Translations under genes and position numbers: made by a program
The notes under the pieces: model-generated
What the model was told of the DNA's origin: nothing
Seen by the model: only the letters and a program-made list of their open reading frames with translations
The model's database searches: none
Assembly (NCBI GenBank): GCA_051294375.1
Contig: CM119264.1
Span: forward strand, 20,061,189-20,125,188
Direction: 5' to 3'
Length of the DNA stretch: 64,000 bases
DNA from: Paraspadella gotoi
Lineage: Eukaryota > Animalia > Chaetognatha
Part shown: piece by piece, positions 53,015 through 64,000 of the stretch
Layout of the letters: the number at the start of each line of letters is the position of its first letter
How positions within the stretch are numbered: position 1 is the first letter of the stretch

Positions 53015-53182
53015 CCTTCTAAAAACTTTTATTATCGCCATTTATTCCGCGCTTTTTTCTCAATACAAAATCACAAATTTACATCCGAGATTTCGTGGAT
53101 TTTTTTTCTAAAAATTCTGATTATTCTTTATATAAACGAGAGAGACCTAATAATGCGTTTCGTTGGCGGGAAAACTGTCCAG

Positions 53183-53223
<41 letters not shown>

Positions 53224-56200
53224 CTCTTTCACTCATACACGCATTTGTTGTTTTATTTACGATGAATGATTCAGCGCGTCAATGAATCACTATCATCGCA
53301 TCAATGAATGACTATCATCGTATCAATGAATGATTATCATCATATCAATGAATGACTATCATCGCATCAATCATTTGATTATCATCACATCAGTCATTTT
53401 GTTATCATCGCATTCAATTATTGGTTATCATCGCGTCAATATTTGGTTATCATCGCATCAATATTGGTTATCATCGCATCAATATTTGGTTACTATCGAA
53501 NNNNNNNNNNNNNNNNNNNNNNNNNNNNNNNNNNNNNNNNNNNNNNNNNNNNNNNNNNNNNNNNNNNNNNNNNNNNNNNNNNNNNNNNNNNNNNNNNNNN
53601 NNNNNNNNNNNNNNNNNNNNNNNNNNNNNNNNNNNNNNNNNNNNNNNNNNNNNNNNNNNNNNNNNNNNNNNNNNNNNNNNNNNNNNNNNNNNNNNNNNNN
53701 NNNNNNNNNNNNNNNNNNNNNNNNNNNNNNNNNNNNNNNNNNNNNNNNNNNNNNNNNNNNNNNNNNNNNNNNNNNNNNNNNNNNNNNNNNNNNNNNNNNN
53801 NNNNNNNNNNNNNNNNNNNNNNNNNNNNNNNNNNNNNNNNNNNNNNNNNNNNNNNNNNNNNNNNNNNNNNNNNNNNNNNNNNNNNNNNNNNNNNNNNNNN
53901 NNNNNNNNNNNNNNNNNNNNNNNNNNNNNNNNNNNNNNNNNNNNNNNNNNNNNNNNNNNNNNNNNNNNNNNNNNNNNNNNNNNNNNNNNNNNNNNNNNNN
54001 NNNNNNNNNNNNNNNNNNNNNNNNNNNNNNNNNNNNNNNNNNNNNNNNNNNNNNNNNNNNNNNNNNNNNNNNNNNNNNNNNNNNNNNNNNNNNNNNNNNN
54101 NNNNNNNNNNNNNNNNNNNNNNNNNNNNNNNNNNNNNNNNNNNNNNNNNNNNNNNNNNNNNNNNNNNNNNNNNNNNNNNNNNNNNNNNNNNNNNNNNNNN
54201 NNNNNNNNTTGACCGCAAGCCGTCAGCTCTATAAATGTTTTACGGGTTGCTTCTTGTTGTTTCGTCGTCTTCGTCTTCGTCAGTCTTCGTCGTCGTCGTC
54301 GTTCGTCGTCGTCGGCCGTCCGCGTCGTCCTCCGTCGTCTCGTCGTACGTCTCGTCTCGTCGTCGTTGTCGTCGTCGTCGTCCGTCGTCGTCGCTCGTCG
54401 TCGTCGTCGTCGCTTCGTCGTCGTCCGTCGTCGTCGTCGTCCGTCGTCGTCTCTCGTCGTCGTCGTCGTCGCGTCGTCGTCCGTCAACGCTGTTTTCATA
54501 CTATAAAACACTACTACGCTATTTATAGGTTGGCTGTGACTTACCGTTTTTTTTAAAATAAAAATTATTATGAATTATGATAAGTTTTACAAAAGTGTGC
54601 GATCATAGATAAGTTAAAAATTTAGATATGGCTTTTCATCTTGAAATAGCTGTATATTTTATTTACATTTGGATTTAAGTATTTTTGTTTGAATTTCCAC
54701 TTCATTATAATTTACTGCAATATCAAATGAGATTAAAGTACTCCTTATAGTATCCCAAATTGTATAATAGAAATGCTTTAATCTAATTTACATTTTGCAG
54801 TATATAATATTGAAGATGAAATTCAAAAAATTTGTTTTAAATTTTTTAAATAAAAATGGGAACTCAAAGGATTTTTTAATGAGAAGCTATATCTATTTTT
54901 AATACAAATATAAATTAAATCTTTTACAAAACTGCATTGGAAAAAATTGGAAAAATTTCAATTGTAACAATTGTAACATATTTTGTCCTTTCTTTTATTT
55001 CTTTAATTTATATAGATTTCTTCATCTCTCTCTTTGGGTTTAGCGGCTCGATCTTTATGCTTTTAAGATTTTTTTTTTTACGTATTGCGTTAAAAAATCG
55101 AAAATATTAAAATGCAGTTTGTTAGAAAAGTTGGTTCAATATGACATAGTTAAGTGACCGAGAGGAGATATGGTCGCCGTGCCTCTCTTTAGTGTGCCTA
55201 CTGCTTAGTAGATCAGGGAGATTTTTCCGTCAGTTTCATTGCATTCCGGTAGGCTTGCTACCGACCCGACACTCTTTTGCAAAGACCCATCCAAACCAAA
55301 TCGGAGAAGACTCAATGTGCTATTACGGCGGAGATAAAAGGAACAGTCGTATTACTGTCCCCTTTTTTTATTTAAAAAAATAAAATTATTTGATGTTATA
55401 AAGATTAGAAATCAAGAAATGGCTCGGAATTTTTTGTTAAATATTTTTATATTGGTCGTATTTTTGTCGTACCAGGTATTATCGTTGTTTAAATTTGTCG
55501 AAGCAAAGATGATCGCACTACTTCACTTTTCCTACAGGTGAGGTCAGCCAAAGAGTGGATGTTAGTTTCGCGCGATCAGCACATGGGTGAAGAGCCAGGT
55601 TTAAACGCAGTCATCCTTGGGCCACATCTCCGTGGAGGAGTTCCATACAACCGTTCCTCTAACGCAGCCCGTCCCGCTGATGGAGACAAGGGGAAAAGCA
55701 GTAGCGGCGTCCACGCCGACCGGGAATACGCGAAGATAGAGGAGGCTTGGCGAAGTCAACAGGATTCTACCCTTCCAACGGCAGCAGCGTCCTCGGTCAG
55801 CAGCGGCAGTCGCCGAAGCGCAGATGAGGCGTACAGCGAACTCGAGGAAGATTGGCTGCGCGAAGGGGGAGCTGCTGGCGTTCCCGCCGCGCCATTGGGT
55901 CGGCGCAACAATAACGAGTTAAACACGCGTTGGAGTCGGCCTCACCTCGACCCCGAGACCATCGATTCGAGAACGGGGACTAAATTCCGTTCGCCAGACG
56001 AAACCGAAGGTTGGAACCACGTCGGTGAGGACGAAAATGCGCCGCCTGACACAGTCACCGACCAGTTTTTTGACTCCATGTTCGAGGATTACGGGAAAGA
56101 TCTCGGTTTGGGAAAGGTGAGAGGGAACTCAAGAATTGTCACTAATCCGATTACTTACAAGAATTGAGTGACTGTAGAATTTAAACAGGATTGGAGTTTC

Positions 56201-59200
56201 GGTGAAGGCGAAGGCAAAGTCCGACGTACGGGGACGAATCGTAGCAAGTTGAAGGGAAATAAAAGCAACAACGGTACTTGCTTAGTATTATTATTATTAT
56301 TCCATTAAATCCGTTGTAAATTGTTGGCCCGCTTTCATTTGCTCTTTCGTCTGATTCGTCTGATTCCAATTGTATTCTAACTGTACGAATACTATCTCTC
56401 CCCGTTTAGTTTGCAATTGCAAACTAAACGGGGGACCGTCAGTAATAGATCCGAAACGCATGGTTGAGAAGGTGCACACTGCACAGAGCGTAGTGAAAGT
56501 TACGTCTATAAGTTAATTTTGAACAACAGCAACCAGTGAATACTATTTTATTAAAAAAAATAAATTAATGTTTTTTAATTTTCTCAGTACTATCCTTATA
56601 AAAAAGTAAATTTTCAAAAAAAGCGTTGCTTAATTTTGATGGCAGTATGACAACGGGAGGATTGCCTGTCATACCCGAGGCGCGGTGTATCTCACCAACT
56701 TTTTTCATTATATCAACTTCTTTATATCAACTTTTCATGACGAATCAAAATTTGCAAAAAAAAATATATATTTATACTAGTACTAAACCAATAAATGTTA
56801 AAATTTCAAAACAGTTTTTTTTAAGATTTTTTTGTAGATTTGGATTCGTTATAAAAAGTTGATAAAAAGAAATAAAACGCTTTTTGAAAAATTCCTTCAT
56901 TAAGTGGGTCAAAAATTAGAAAAAGCTATATTATAAGCTAAAAATTAACTTTTTATATATTAAATATAGTTTTTTAATTTTTAACCCACTTAATGAAAGA
57001 ATTTTTAAAAATGATTTATATTTTCTTTTATCAACTTTTGACAAGGAATTCAAATCTACAATCAAAATAAAAAAAACCTATTTTAAAATTTTCCGATTTT
57101 AAAAGGATAGTACTATATATAAATATAGCCTACTGCAAAAATTAAAAAACATAAAATAAATTTTTTTTACAAATTAATGTTCACTGATGGTATGTTGTTC
57201 ATAATTGACTTTTAGAATTTTCGTATGTAACTTTCACTACGCCTTAGTGAGTACTATAGCCTATTAAAAGTACTATAGCCTTCTACGTAATTTCAAAATT
57301 ATTAATACCTTTTTTTATACCGTTGACGTTTAGTCAAATAACGAGGGTAAATAATAGTGGCAAAGTATTTGGTCGGCAATGGTTTTATTTAATGACGGAC
57401 AATGATTAGGGTGATGACATAGGTAACGATGACACATGACAAAGGTTAAGAGAAAGGTGATGACAATATTAAATGGTTCATATAATTATTGAAGAAGAGT
57501 TCTTTCTTGAGTTTGGGTGTAGAGTTGAATGCCTAGAGTTCTCTTAGCAATTTTGACCATCAATCCCTCCGTCGGTTCCTCTGTCGGTCATTGGTCAATC
57601 TAAGGTTGAAGTAAGGTCTGTGATTTCGTCGGCATTCTGATGATTCGTGAAGGAGGACGAGCAATCACATCACTAGGCCAACCAAGTCCGTTTATAGGTC
57701 CATTCCGTTGATGTCACCCCCTCTCTAGTCGACGAGGGCGGTGGGTCTTAGAACACCAGACGAGTCTTTGCTGGTGTCCATCTACACATTTCCAGGTGTG
57801 TGGGTGCGAGTAGTCTAACAGTTCTTTGTCCTGAAATGGCATGGGTCTTACAGTCTTTACAGGATAATGATGGTGTATGTTTGATGGTCTGAGAAGAAAA
57901 ACAGCAGGGGTTTTGGATGAGGTGGTTCAATTTTTAGTTCCATTAGTTTGGGAATATTCCTTAGGCTGGTCGAAGGTTGATTTGCTTGTAAGTGGTGCAC
58001 AAATGGGTTTTTCCAAACACGAGAAGGCGGTTTACACTGTAGGTTGAATGAGTATGGTCTGGGGCGTGGCTTGAAATGCTTTGGTTGGATAAAAAGCTTT
58101 TGTCAAATTGGGCAAAATCTGAAGCAAGGGAATTAATCTTTTCTTCTAAAGCTTTCATTTGGGAATTTTGATGGAGAAAACTTGAGGAGTCCCTGAACTA
58201 TTGTTGAGAGGGGTAAAATTTAGGGTTATTATTGTGGCTGCTCTCTCTACTTTGATTTTTGCAGTTATCTGAGCCATTTTGTTCTTTTGTTTCTTTGACC
58301 TCATTTTTGAAAGTTGTGATTTTATTGTAACATTTTGGAATTGCTGTTCATTCTGGTCTTTTTCTCTTGGTATTAGCACTTAAACTTCGGTAGAAGAAAA
58401 GAAGTTCATCTATGTATCATTAAGAGCTTTAACCAGCCTGGATAAGTCTGGAATTTTGGTGCCATTTTCTACTGTGTGTGTGTCTCTGTTTGCGATGCTG
58501 AATTGGACATTGTTGGAGTTAATTTTTCAGCTTCTGTTTGTGATGCAGAATTAGACCTTGCAGGTGTTGTTTCTTCAAACAGTTGGAAGTCAATAGTTTG
58601 TGTTTCTGCATCTTTTTTGTAGATGTTCTTAAGGTATCAGTACCATATCTCTCATGGACTTTACAGAATTTCTTTGACCGAGTCATTTTCTCCTTGCTTG
58701 TATTCGGCTTTTCCTTCTTTCTCGTCTTTTAATTTATTTTTTTCATGGTGAACCTCTGCTTTTTTTCCTTTTGTTTCCTCAGTTTGTTGTCCTGTTGTTC
58801 CTAGCTCCATTGGAAAGGGGGTAGTGGAACATCTGATTGATTTGCTGTTTTAATCCAGTCTTTCCACTTTATAAGATCTCTAGTGATGTCGGCATCATTG
58901 CCTTCAGGGTCTTGGATCAGGCCATCTTAACCATGTTTTTTGCAATTTTAATTAAACAGTTTCTTTCTTCTTGGCTGTCAGCTGATGACTCTCAGATTTT
59001 AATCTAATAGACTGGTTTCTAATGAAGGTAAGATATTCCTTTTTGCGCCTTTTTGAAACTTTCAAATGCTTTATCCAATCTTCTATGCTTCCCAAAAAAT
59101 CCTTTATGTAGATTTAAAAGAATGTCTTGAGTATCATCCTCCCTTTTGTTAACAATTTAATGATTTTCTAGTTTCATATAATACTTTAAATTGTCGAGTC

Positions 59201-59965
59201 CTTCTAGGCGAAGTTTCCACCAGTGCTGTAGAACAGGATTAGTGGCTATTCTCCATTAGTTCTTAGAAGGGTTGTGGCTATAAGATTTTCAATCATCTCA
59301 TATCTTGACTTGTATAATTTTTCAAATTCTTTCCAATTTTCTTTTTCATTCTCTTTCCACTTTTGAAAATCTTTATCTCTTTCTTTTTGCATTTGCTCTT
59401 CTTTTTCTTCTTCTATCTGTATTTTTCTTCTCATTTCCTCTTGTTCAATTTCTTTTTCTTTTTCTTCCCTTTCTCGAGATAAGCGCTCAAATTCTGCTTT
59501 GAAAATCTTTCCATCTTCAATTTCATAACATTTTATGTAGACATTCATAATTCTTTTCTGGCCGGATTAAATAACATGTTTTCAGATTTGTGGAGTTTGA
59601 CTTTGATGAATAGGTACAATGTCCATTTTCCAAGGTTGGGTTTTGAATTCAACTGTGAGGTCATATGAGGTACTTGGGCTCTAAATGAAAGTCAGCCTCA
59701 TGAGTTAAATTATTTTTGAATAGCTTTACTATTCCTGTGTGCGGTCCATCAAATGTGGTAGGGGCTGAATAATACCTATAATATAGGTCGCATCTCGTAG
59801 AAATCATTTCATCTTCATTGGCTTGGTGGCGTGGGAATAGAATAGGGTGGTGGCGTGAGGTAATAAGCCGGAGGCCGCAGTTTCAAATTGAACCATTTTT
59901 TTTTACTGTTCTAAGCCATTTTATTTAGAGAACGATTTGTTTTCAGTTTTTGTTTTTTGAGGGTT

Positions 59966-60012
<47 letters not shown>

Positions 60013-61811
60013 GAGAGGAGAAAGAAAGGAAATGAAGGAGAAAGATGATCGATGATCTTTTTCGATTTTCTCTCGGATTCGGTCAAGAGCGATGGACTGG
60101 CAGCGGGCGAGGGGAAGGGAGAACGTTCGATACAGTTTTCTTTGTTTGTAAGGGATGCTGGGTCACGTGACGACGTAGTCCAAAGCACGAGAATTTGAAC
60201 GGAGGGGAAATCGGTTGGAAAGATAGGGAAATAGTATGTATTTTCAATTTTTTTTTTTTTTGCCTCGGGCTACGTAAGCACGCCACTCCTGATTTCGCAA
60301 AAAAAAGTGTTTTTATTTCAAAGTTAAGATGTTTATTTTATTTTAAAGATTGTAGTGAATAAGTTTATTTGGGATTGGAAGGATTTTCGGGAAACGGGAG
60401 TTTGTCATAATTTTTCGAATAGCGGTAGCTAGTTTTTCGAGTAGGAATATCGTAGTTTTTCAATTAAGTCTCTTCGAGAGAGTGGGGAGTCGAATCACGA
60501 CGATGCCAACACGTAGACGTTTAGTCAAATAACGAGGGTAAATAATAAGTGGCAAAGTATTTGGTCGGCAATGGTTTTATTTAATGACGGACAATGATTA
60601 GGGTGATGACATAGGTAACGATGACACGATGACAAAGGTTAGAGAAAGGTGATGACAATATTAAATGGTTCAATAATTATTTGAAGAAGAGTTTCTTTCT
60701 TGAGTTTGGGTGTAGAGTTGAATGCCTAGAGTTCTCTTAGCAATTTTGACCATCAATCCCTCCGTCGGTTCCTCTGTCGGTCATGGTCAATCTAAGGTTG
60801 AAGTAAGTCTGTGATTCGTCGGCATTCTGATGATTCGTGAAGGAGACGAGCAATCACATCCTAGGCCAACCAAGTCCGTTTATAGGTCCATTCCGTTGAT
60901 GATATAATTATGTTTATTAGTACAATGTTGATCATTCCTGACTATTAAAATTACTATTTCTATTTCTAAATTAAATAAACTTGTTGCTATATTTATATTT
61001 TATTTTGCATTGTCAACAGTCTCGGGTAATTCAAAATTATCCGTCGTTTATCTCCTATATCCATATTTGGTAGATTCAGGTGTTTGATCGTTTAATTTTT
61101 TTTTGCCCACCTCTCACAGCCGAGAGTAATGACAACAACAGATTGAATCAGTTCAAACCTTGCGCTTCCCAAAACGCCAACGACACTCAATCCGACGATG
61201 CCAACGCTAATCATCCAGAAGACAACTTCAACTCCAGCGGGGATCAAGGGAACCCGCCCAATCAATTCGATAAACACGATGTAAATTCTTTGAGTAAGCC
61301 TCACCCAACGATGGGCGTCGGTTGGTGGGGCGGAAAGTACCACTACAAATCCTTGTCATCGGAAAATAAATTTGTCAATGAGCAGTTAGCCCATCCCAAG
61401 GATATCCTACCGAAAGCCAAGAAAGAGGAGCCGCGAAGCAATCCAAATTACCAACCACTTAAAAGGGAGCATTGGTACATGGAGAAATGGATCAGTCTAG
61501 TGACCATTATCGTTGGTTTCGGGGCGTATTGCTATTTTTCTTCTTACCAAGAAGACGCCAAGAAATCGCGGTGCGCCGAATGCGAGAAGCCTGAAAAGCT
61601 ACCGCCCTGCAAGGGAGAGGGCGGCTGCGACACCAAAAAAAAGCCGAGCTGCGGCGCTAAGAAGGAAGATTCTTGCGGGGTCAAGAAAGAGACCACCTGC
61701 GGAGCGAAAAAGCAAGCGTCTTGCGGGGCTAAGTCGGAATCAAAGTGCGGTTCCTGCGGCGCGAAAAAACCAGAAACGGGAGGCGGAAAATGTGGAAAGT
61801 GTGGAAAATGA
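51673..61811 (+). CDS. Putative 4-exon gene: low-complexity protein with a C-terminal TM helix and Cys/Gly/Lys repeat tail
   Basis: Exons: ~51673-52317 (phase-0 donor gaa|gtaagg; contains probable sequencing indels), 55538-56116 (phase 0 to 0), 56189-56273 (phase 0 to 1), 61120-61811 (phase 1 to stop). Junctions read ..REIEAE|VRSAKEW.., ..LGLGK|DWSFG.., ..KSNN|AESNDN.. Confidence 0.6.
53285..54485. repeat. ~21-bp minisatellite (TCATCGCATCAATGAATGACT-like), assembly gap, then (TCG)n microsatellite
   Basis: Direct inspection. Confidence 0.85.
55538..56273 (+). CDS. Exons 55538-56116 and 56189-56273 of the putative gene
   Basis: GC-rich open frames; cctacag acceptor, aag|gtgaga donor, 72-nt intron, ttaaacag acceptor, g|gtactt donor. 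Confidence 0.75.
56484..57246. mobile_element. Related MITE family (TIR GCGTAGTGAAAGTTAC); further ends at 1-312 and 63725-63890
   Basis: Inverted termini GCGTAGTGAAAGTTAC / GTAACTTTCACTACGC; 56910-57246 is nearly identical to 1-312. Confidence 0.65.
57321..60901 (-). mobile_element. Decayed non-autonomous LTR retroelement (gag-like remnants, no pol seen) inside an intron
   Basis: ~395-bp direct repeats at 57321-57716 and 60512-60901. Minus-strand polypurine tract AGAGAGGGGG abuts TGACA of the left repeat; PBS-like TGGCATCGTCGTGATTCGA at 60490-60508. Broken minus-strand ORFs include coiled-coil and Cys/His segments. Confidence 0.75.
61120..61811 (+). CDS. Terminal exon with TM helix (WISLVTIIVGFGAYCYF) and CGAKK-type repeats
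   Basis: Polypyrimidine tract plus cag acceptor; about 230 open codons; tail CGAKKEDSCGVKKETTCGAKKQASCGAKSESKCGSCGAKK..CGKCGK*. Confidence 0.8.
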
Positions 61812-63894
61812 ATTGAGTGATGGACTTCTACTACAAAAGAGGGAAAAAGTGCCCGGAACATTTAGCGGTGTCTACAATTTACTTTTATTTATCAAACTCT
61901 AAAATCATATTAAATTTGAATTAAAAAAAAAATACTAAAATAATGTTATAATATCGAATATAATGGGAACCCCTAAATGATAATCAAGCCAAATTCACAC
62001 TTTCCGTTTCGTTACACCTAAGTACTCTATTCAAAATCGTTTGGTAATCAAAATTGTGTTCTGGAAAACCTCGTCACTGAGAATTAAAATTAAATCGTTT
62101 GTTTTTTCTTTTAATTATTAACTTTTATACATATATATATACTTTAATGAATTAACGAACAACAACGTTTGTTTACAACGAGATGTATCAAATGATTAGA
62201 TTCAATAAACGTAAAAGTGATTTGAAAAGAACGAGGTTATATAGTCAAAAGTTGTGGACTGAAAAATGTTTCACACAGCTATTATTTATAAAAAATTAAG
62301 AAACCGTAAAAAGAGGTAAAATTGGGACATATTTTCCGAAATTTCCCCATTTCAGTTTAAAATTAGAATTATGTCTTTATTTTAAAAACTAGGTTAAAGG
62401 TAAATTTTGTTTTTTTCATTCAATAAAACACATTAAAATTTTATGTATTTTGACTTTATCTCTTATTAGCATGAGAGGCTAAATGAGAGAGAACTCAAAA
62501 ACTAATACGAGGTTAAAAAATTTAGGTTAGGTTAAGGATTAGGGTTTAGGTTAGTTGATAAAGCACAAGTATTAAAGATTGAAATTTAAGCGCCCCGTCC
62601 CTTTTAACTGCAAGGCGACCACCGGGCAAGAAGCCCAGACTTTTGGGTTGGGAGGCGAATGACTTGCCTCCGGCACCAATGGCCGGTGATGAACGGTTGG
62701 TGGATTTTAGTCATATAATGAATACTAATCTATAATTTTTGTTTATAAATATAGTAGCCCAGTCAGCTTATTTTGTATATTATATGAAAATTTGCAAGTT
62801 ACTTGTTTCACCATTTTCTATTTTTATATTTATCGAGGATTTAGTATTTAATCTTATTATTTATCAAATATATATTGCTTTCTTTGTTAAGGCCAGGGAT
62901 CACTCAACTTATATTGTAGAATCTTAATTTACTGTATCTTAATTCATTTTTCTACATCTTGTAAGAGGTTTTCGTATTAAATTAAACGAAAACTTTTAAA
63001 ATCTCCTAAAATGTTCATAAAAATTTAAACAAATTTTTTTTCTTCGGTAAAGCTAGATTTTCAAGAGAAAATATTTTTTTTAATGTAAGCTAAATTTCTA
63101 CAACCAAATTTTTAACTTAAAACTGATTCTTTTACAGTAAGCTCAATTTCTACTTCTTATATTTAATTCTTCCTTTGGTAACAAAACACTCCATAACTTG
63201 GAAGTTGTTCACTAATAAATCTAAAAAACTACTTACAACATTTTTCAGATGGGTTTTTATGCTTTTATGAGTTTCATGAGTTAAAAAACATATCGAATTT
63301 ATTTCAATTTGGGTTTTAACTTTATGTAAATGTTTATTATCATAAATAGTTGCCGACTATTTTTAGGAATCTCTGAAAAAAAATCAAATGCTGAACTTTT
63401 AAAAAAATTAAACAACTTGAAAAAAGTCTTTCCTCGAATCTCTAGAGCGTAACCTTCAGAACCTTGGCATCCCAAAAAAAGCCCAATTAATTAGTTTTTT
63501 AGAAAAATTTTATTAAGATTTTGTAATAATTTGTAATTTGTAAATATAAAAAATAAGTTAAATAATTAGTTTAATAATAAGTTAATAGTTAAGGGTATGT
63601 TAATGTAAAGTTAATATTAAGTTAATTGGTAAAAGTTAAAAAATAAATTAAATCAGAGAGTTAAATAAGTTAAATAAGTTATTTAAATAATATTGTTGAT
63701 ATTATTATTATAATTATTGTTTAGTAAGGCGTAGTGAAAGTTACATACGAAAATTATAAAAGTCAATTATGAACAACATACCATCAGTGAACATTAATTT
63801 GTAAAAAAAATTAATTTTATGTTTTTTAATTTTCGCAGTAGGCTATATTTATATATAGTACTATCCTTATAAAATCGGAAAATTTCAAAATAGG

Positions 63895-64000
63895 TTTTTA
63901 GTCGGATCTGCTTATCAGCAGATCCCGACTCTGTAATTCACTTTGTCGGTCCGTCCCCTAAATATTGTCGGGCACACACTTATATAATGTCAGAACATCG
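63895..64000 (+). mobile_element. HINE-like element 5' end (runs off the window)
   Basis: ttttagtcggatctgcttatcagcagatcccgactc. Confidence 0.65.

Noticed and set aside
53330-54556. Long ORFs of 241-408 aa
   Set aside because: Artefacts of the N gap plus minisatellite and (TCG)n repeats
55193-55248. Possible extra small exon (CLLLSRSGRFFRQFHCIP)
   Set aside because: Its acceptor phase does not fit the 52317 donor and there is no in-frame ATG; cannot be supported without transcripts

Overview
AT-rich, intron-rich, repeat-laden animal (invertebrate-like) genomic DNA with two assembly gaps (50317-50341 and 53501-54208). I could hand-splice 20 GT-AG exons (3222-33052, +) of a titin/twitchin-family muscle-type protein; they encode about 10 consecutive intracellular-type FN3 domains with no Ig domain between them. 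A GC-rich intronless 799-aa single-pass membrane protein lies on the minus strand (36290-38689). A probable 4-exon + strand gene (about 51673-61811) ends in a transmembrane helix and a Cys/Gly/Lys (CGAKK) repeat tail. Non-coding DNA holds DINE-1/HINE-like (Helentron-associated) elements, hAT-type MITEs (one with an exact 8-bp TSD), tRNA-headed SINE-like repeats, a decayed LTR element, and Penelope-like (GIY-YIG) relics. At least 7 minimal type-I hammerhead ribozyme motifs, plus further partial ones, are scattered across the window. The least explained signals are two dispersed families of GC-rich, highly structured 170-260 nt sequences whose stems show compensatory changes between copies; they match no RNA class I can recognise. 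All calls are by eye; no database search or folding program was run.
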